Assembly (NCBI GenBank): GCA_051439505.1
Contig: JBFRWI010000183.1
Span: 1 to 43,774, forward strand
Direction: 5' to 3'
Origin: Hormoscilla sp.
GTDB taxonomy: Bacteria; Cyanobacteriota; Cyanobacteriia; Cyanobacteriales; Desertifilaceae
Length of the DNA stretch: 43,774 bases
The notes under the pieces are model-generated. The model searched no databases and was not told where the DNA came from. It worked only from the letters and a program-made list of their open reading frames with translations. The position numbers and the translations under genes are program-made. Positions 39,261 through 43,774 of the stretch are shown here, one piece after another. How positions within the stretch are numbered: position 1 is the first letter of the stretch; every line of letters starts with the position of its first letter.

Positions 39261-42200
39261 ATGACTAGCACCAAAACCAAAATCCCTGGCTACAGCAACC
39301 TGGAACTGCTGCATTCAAGTCAGAGAACCATTGTTTATCGGGGACTGCAAAATGAATCCAAGCAACCGGTGGTAATCAAGCTACTCAAGCAGGAATATCC
39401 GACCTTCCGGGAACTGGTGCATTTCCGCAATCAGTACGCGATCGCTAAAAATCTCGACGTGCCGGGAGTAGTCAAACCCCTGTCCCTAGAGAATTCCGGG
39501 CGAGGTTTTGCCCTCGTCATGCCCGACTTTGGGGGGATTTCTCTGTCCGAATATATGACTAAACAAAATCAATGTTTATCCGAGTTTTTACGGGTGGCTT
39601 ACGACCTATGCGGGATCCTGGAAGGACTGTATCGCCATCGGGTAATTCACAAAGACATCAAACCAGCGAATATCTTAATTCACCCCGACACTTTGGAGGT
39701 AAAACTACTCGACTTCAGTATCGCCTCCCTACTACCCAAAGAAACCCAAGTTCTGCAAAACCCAGGGATCCTGGAAGGGACTCTTGCCTATATGTCGCCG
39801 GAACAAACGGGACGGATGAACCGGGGGATAGACTACCGCAGCGACTTTTACTCCCTGGGAGTCACATTCTACCAACTATTGACCGGGCAACTTCCCTTTC
39901 CATCCTCAGATCCCATGGAGTTAGTCCACTGTCACATCGCCAGGAGACCCACTCCTCCCCATGAAGTTAAGCGTGACATCCCAGAGATGCTATCATCCAT
40001 GGTCATGAAGCTGATGGCGAAAACCGCAGAAGACCGCTATCAAACGGCCCGGGGACTCCGACATGACCTGGAGATTTGTCAGAAGAAGTGGGTGGAAAAT
40101 GGTAGTATTAGTCCCTTTGAGTTGGCCACAAGGGATATATCCGATCGCTTCTTTATTCCCGAAAAACTCTACGGACGTCAAACAGAAGTGTTAAGCTTGC
40201 TAGCTGCCTTTGACAGGGTAGCATCGGGCAAGAGTGAAATGATGTTGGTGGCGGGTTTCTCCGGCATTGGCAAAACTGCTGTCGTAAATGAAGTCCATAA
40301 ACCGATCGTCCAGCAGCGGGGTTACTTCATCAAAGGCAAATTCGACCAATTCCAACGGAACATTCCCTTTTCGGCTTTCCTGCAAGCCTTCCGGGACTTG
40401 ATGGCACAGTTGCTGGGGGAAACCGAGACAACTTTACAACAGTGGCAAGGGCAAATATTATCAGCAGTAGGAGAACAAGGTCAAGTCATTATTGACGTGA
40501 TTCCCGAACTGGAACAAATAATTGGGCCTCAGCCTCCCGTACCCGAACTGGAAGGAACGGCGGCTCAAAATCGCTTTAACCTGCTGTTTGGCAAATTTAT
40601 CGGTCTATTTGCGAAAAAAGAACATCCGTTAGTTATTTTCATCGACGACCTGCAATGGGCAGACTTGGCCTCATTGCAGTTGATAGAACTATTAATGTCC
40701 GAGACGGAAACTGAATATCTGTTGTTAATTGGGGCCTATCGGGACAACGAAGTCTATGAAACTCATCCCTTGATGCTAACCTTAGCAGAAATTGGCAAAA
40801 CAACCGCAACGACCAATACCATTACCCTAGGGCCCCTGAGTCAAGCAGATATTAATCAGCTGGTGGCCGATACCCTCAACTGCGATCCAGAGATAGGAAA
40901 ACCCCTGACAGAATTAGTCTATCATAAAACTCAGGGCAATCCTTTTTTCTCCAATCAGTTTCTCAAGTCTATACATACAGATGGGTTGATTGATTTTAAC
41001 TTTCAGGTGGGTCATTGGCAATGCGATATTGCCAGAGTAAAAGAGTTGTCTCTCACTGATGATGTGGTAGAGTTTATGGCAAGTCGCTTGGCATTGTTAC
41101 CCCGGGAAACTCAAGAGGTGCTGAAGCTGGCCGCTTGTATTGGCAACCAATTTGATTTGGCAACCCTGGCGATCGTCTACGAACAGGCGATCGCGGAAAC
41201 AGCGGCTTGTTTATGGAAAGCATTGCAAGAGGGATTGATTTTACCCACCAGTGAAATTTACAAGTTCTTTACAGCAGAAGTATCCTCAACACTGCCCACC
41301 TTACAGGAAGGAGAGGCAAAGGATATCGAGATCGCTAGTTACAATTTTTTGCACGATCGGGTGCAGCAAGCGGCTTATGTGCTAATTCCCGAGTCCCAGA
41401 AGAAGTCAACCCACTTAAAAATTGGTCAACTCCTGTTAAGCAATACTCCCATAGAGGAACGGGAAGAGAAAATTTTCGATATTGTCAATCAGTTAAATAC
41501 GGGCAGAGACTTGCTGACGCAGTCCGGGAAACGGGTAGAATTGGCACAGTTAAACCTGCTAGCGGCACGCAAGGCCAAAAGTTCTACTGCTTATGGGGCA
41601 GCTAAGAATTATTTAGCAGCGGGACTAGAACTGTTAGCAGAGGATGGATGGGATTTGCAATACGACCTGATGTTAGCACTCCAGGAAGCAGCAGCAGAAA
41701 TTGCCTTCTTAAACGGCGATTTTGAGCAGATGGAGAAATTCATCGAAGCGATCCTGTCACGGGCAAAAACACCCTTGAATCAGATCAAGGTTTATGAAGT
41801 CAGGATCCAGGCTTATGCAGCCATGAATCGTCTTGTGGATGCGGTCAAAACTGCATTAAAAGCGCTGGAACTTTTGGGAATAGAACTGACTCAAGAGCCA
41901 ACTCAAGCCGATATCGAGTTAGCCATGAGGAAAACGGAATCTCTTCTCGCCCAAACTCCCATCGAATCTCTGATCGAACTGCCAGAGATGCAGTCCGAAA
42001 CTAAACTAGCAGCCATGGGAATTTTAGCGAGAGTTTGGGGACCGGCTTACATTGCCGTGCCCAATTTAATGCCCTTAACGGTGTTAGAACAGGTGAATTT
42101 ATCCATCGCCTATGGCAATACAGCATCTTCAGCCTTTGCCTACGCCTGCTACGGATTAATTTTATGCGGGCAAGCAGGCAAAACTTCCGAAGGCTATCGC

Positions 42201-43774
42201 TTTGGCAAGTTAGGCTTAAATGTATTGGAACGGTTGGGTGCTAAAGAGCTGAAAACTAAAACCTGGCACATTGTTTACACCTTTGTCACCCATTGGACAG
42301 AACATCTCAAGGATGCGATCGGGCCTTTACACGAAGGCTACAGGGTGGGACTGGAAACGGGAGAATTAGAAACCGCAGGCTATGCAGCAGTTGCCAATTC
42401 CTACTACTCCTATTTTAGCGGCATGGCCCTTTCAGAACTAGACCGCCAACTGACTGCTTATCAAGATTCCTTAACCAGAATTCGGCAAGACACGGCTGTA
42501 AACTATATCAATATGTATCGCCAAAATGTCCGGAACTTATTAGGCGAGGGTGGGGAACATGCCTGGAAATTGCAGGGAGTTGACTATGATGAAGAGCAAA
42601 TGCTGCCACGGCACAAAGAGGCATCTGACCTCTATGCTGTTGCCAATTTCGCGGTGTTAAAATTGATTCTTTGCTATCTGTTTGGCCACTACGAAGAAGC
42701 GCTTAAACAGGCAACAACAGCTGCAGAATATCTGGAGGGGGTTATCGGACAACCTTGGGTGCCGATCTTTTACCTGTATAATGCTTTGGCACAGTTAGCT
42801 ATTTATCCGACTGCCTCTCCAACGGAAAGAGAAAAAATCCTAGCTCGGGTGGGGGAAACCACAGATATGCTGCAACAGTGGGCCCACCACGCCCCGATGA
42901 ATTTCTGGCACAAATACTATCTAGTTGCAGCGGAAGTCCATCGAGTTAGGGGAGAAAAGTTGGAGGCAATGGATATGTACGATCGGGCGATCGCCGGTGC
43001 CAAGGAAAACGAGTACATCCAGGAAGAGGCCCTTGGGAACGAACTGGCAGGCAAATTCTACCTGGAGAACGGCAAAGAGAAAATTGCCCGGACCTATACG
43101 ATCGATGCCTACTACTGCTATAGTCGGTGGGGGGCAAAAGCGAAAGTCTCTGACTTAGAACAAGGCTACGGGGAATTACTTGCTCCCATTCTCCAACAAG
43201 AGGAAAGTAGCCCCTTTGGCGACCCTCAGGGACCGGGTGAAACGATCACTCAAATGACCATAGGAACTGTTACCTCTACCAGTTCGGGGACTTCAGCCCT
43301 GTTGGATATCTCTTCAGCCATTAACACATCTCAAGCCCTTTCTGGGGAAATTAATCTGGAACAATTACTCTCCAAATTGATGCAGGCGGTGATGGAAAAT
43401 GCCGGGGCGACCAAAAGTGCTTTGCTGTTGCCCCAAGCAGAGACTTTAGTCATTGAAGCTATTGCTGATTATCAGTCGGGAGCGCCAAATATACAAGTAC
43501 GAGAACGGGGGTACGCCCAAGACTCCAAAGAACTGCCCGTCAGCATCATCAACACCGTCTGGCGCACCCGGGAACCCCTGGTTATCAACGATGCGCTCAA
43601 TGAAACCAGGTTTGCTTCTGATACCTATCTGATGGGGTGTCAACCGAAGAGCGTACTATGTCTGCCCCTGTTGAACCAAGGCAAGCTCATTGCGATCCTT
43701 TACTTGGAAAATAACCTGACGACGGGTGCGTTTACTCCCGAGAGGCTTTCCTTGCTGCAACTGCTAGCATCCCA
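39261..43774 (+). CDS. Ser/Thr kinase - AAA ATPase - GAF sensor, copy 3 (partial, runs off the window)
   Basis: ATG ACT AGC ACC start and collinear homology to copies 1 and 2 through the GAF domain. Absent from the ORF track, consistent with no stop inside the window. Confidence 0.9.
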   Translation, partial: MTSTKTKIPGYSNLELLHSSQRTIVYRGLQNESKQPVVIKLLKQEYPTFRELVHFRNQYAIAKNLDVPGVVKPLSLENSGRGFALVMPDFGGISLSEYMTKQNQCLSEFLRVAYDLCGILEGLYRHRVIHKDIKPANILIHPDTLEVKLLDFSIASLLPKETQVLQNPGILEGTLAYMSPEQTGRMNRGIDYRSDFYSLGVTFYQLLTGQLPFPSSDPMELVHCHIARRPTPPHEVKRDIPEMLSSMVMKLMAKTAEDRYQTARGLRHDLEICQKKWVENGSISPFELATRDISDRFFIPEKLYGRQTEVLSLLAAFDRVASGKSEMMLVAGFSGIGKTAVVNEVHKPIVQQRGYFIKGKFDQFQRNIPFSAFLQAFRDLMAQLLGETETTLQQWQGQILSAVGEQGQVIIDVIPELEQIIGPQPPVPELEGTAAQNRFNLLFGKFIGLFAKKEHPLVIFIDDLQWADLASLQLIELLMSETETEYLLLIGAYRDNEVYETHPLMLTLAEIGKTTATTNTITLGPLSQADINQLVADTLNCDPEIGKPLTELVYHKTQGNPFFSNQFLKSIHTDGLIDFNFQVGHWQCDIARVKELSLTDDVVEFMASRLALLPRETQEVLKLAACIGNQFDLATLAIVYEQAIAETAACLWKALQEGLILPTSEIYKFFTAEVSSTLPTLQEGEAKDIEIASYNFLHDRVQQAAYVLIPESQKKSTHLKIGQLLLSNTPIEEREEKIFDIVNQLNTGRDLLTQSGKRVELAQLNLLAARKAKSSTAYGAAKNYLAAGLELLAEDGWDLQYDLMLALQEAAAEIAFLNGDFEQMEKFIEAILSRAKTPLNQIKVYEVRIQAYAAMNRLVDAVKTALKALELLGIELTQEPTQADIELAMRKTESLLAQTPIESLIELPEMQSETKLAAMGILARVWGPAYIAVPNLMPLTVLEQVNLSIAYGNTASSAFAYACYGLILCGQAGKTSEGYRFGKLGLNVLERLGAKELKTKTWHIVYTFVTHWTEHLKDAIGPLHEGYRVGLETGELETAGYAAVANSYYSYFSGMALSELDRQLTAYQDSLTRIRQDTAVNYINMYRQNVRNLLGEGGEHAWKLQGVDYDEEQMLPRHKEASDLYAVANFAVLKLILCYLFGHYEEALKQATTAAEYLEGVIGQPWVPIFYLYNALAQLAIYPTASPTEREKILARVGETTDMLQQWAHHAPMNFWHKYYLVAAEVHRVRGEKLEAMDMYDRAIAGAKENEYIQEEALGNELAGKFYLENGKEKIARTYTIDAYYCYSRWGAKAKVSDLEQGYGELLAPILQQEESSPFGDPQGPGETITQMTIGTVTSTSSGTSALLDISSAINTSQALSGEINLEQLLSKLMQAVMENAGATKSALLLPQAETLVIEAIADYQSGAPNIQVRERGYAQDSKELPVSIINTVWRTREPLVINDALNETRFASDTYLMGCQPKSVLCLPLLNQGKLIAILYLENNLTTGAFTPERLSLLQLLAS

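Noticed and set aside
39572..39964. 130-aa ORF and other short ORFs beyond 39261
   Set aside because: Out-of-frame shadows of the third kinase gene.

Overview
Window from a cyanobacterial genome: the HIP1 octamer GCGATCGC is frequent and there are many short repeat and MITE-like elements. 0.3-6.7 kb (minus strand) is an apparent operon: two TTGACA/TAGTAT promoters, a boxA-like leader, a small protein, five copies of an unannotated structured RNA cassette, a DIP1984-family gene, a divergent TROVE/Ro60-like VWA protein, an HNH nuclease and a DEDDh 3'-5' exonuclease. The five cassettes share one scaffold but carry different inserts: two circularly permuted (YrlA-like) tRNA mimics, two normal-order tRNA bodies (one with a perfect CAU anticodon arm) and one non-tRNA module. 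This is the main candidate novel system. 8.6-12.2 kb is a supernumerary tRNA array (11 tRNA-like genes plus a remnant) with embedded genes and a duplicated promoter/leader. 17.3-18.9 kb is a TrcR-like RHH regulator divergent from a leader-peptide/attenuator, HNH, Alr0857-like operon. The same 11-bp-period TA(C/A/T)TACA motif sits on all three promoter regions, suggesting one translation-stress regulon. The rest is defence-like or decaying cargo (Fic, DUF1016/YhcG, hsdR and mcrC fragments, M48 peptidase, caspase-like protease, KAP NTPase, an RHH-fused His-less kinase), a frameshifted glutathionylspermidine-synthase gene and three tandem giant Ser/Thr kinase-AAA-GAF-His kinase genes, the last truncated by the window edge. 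All family assignments are by motif recognition; no database search was run.
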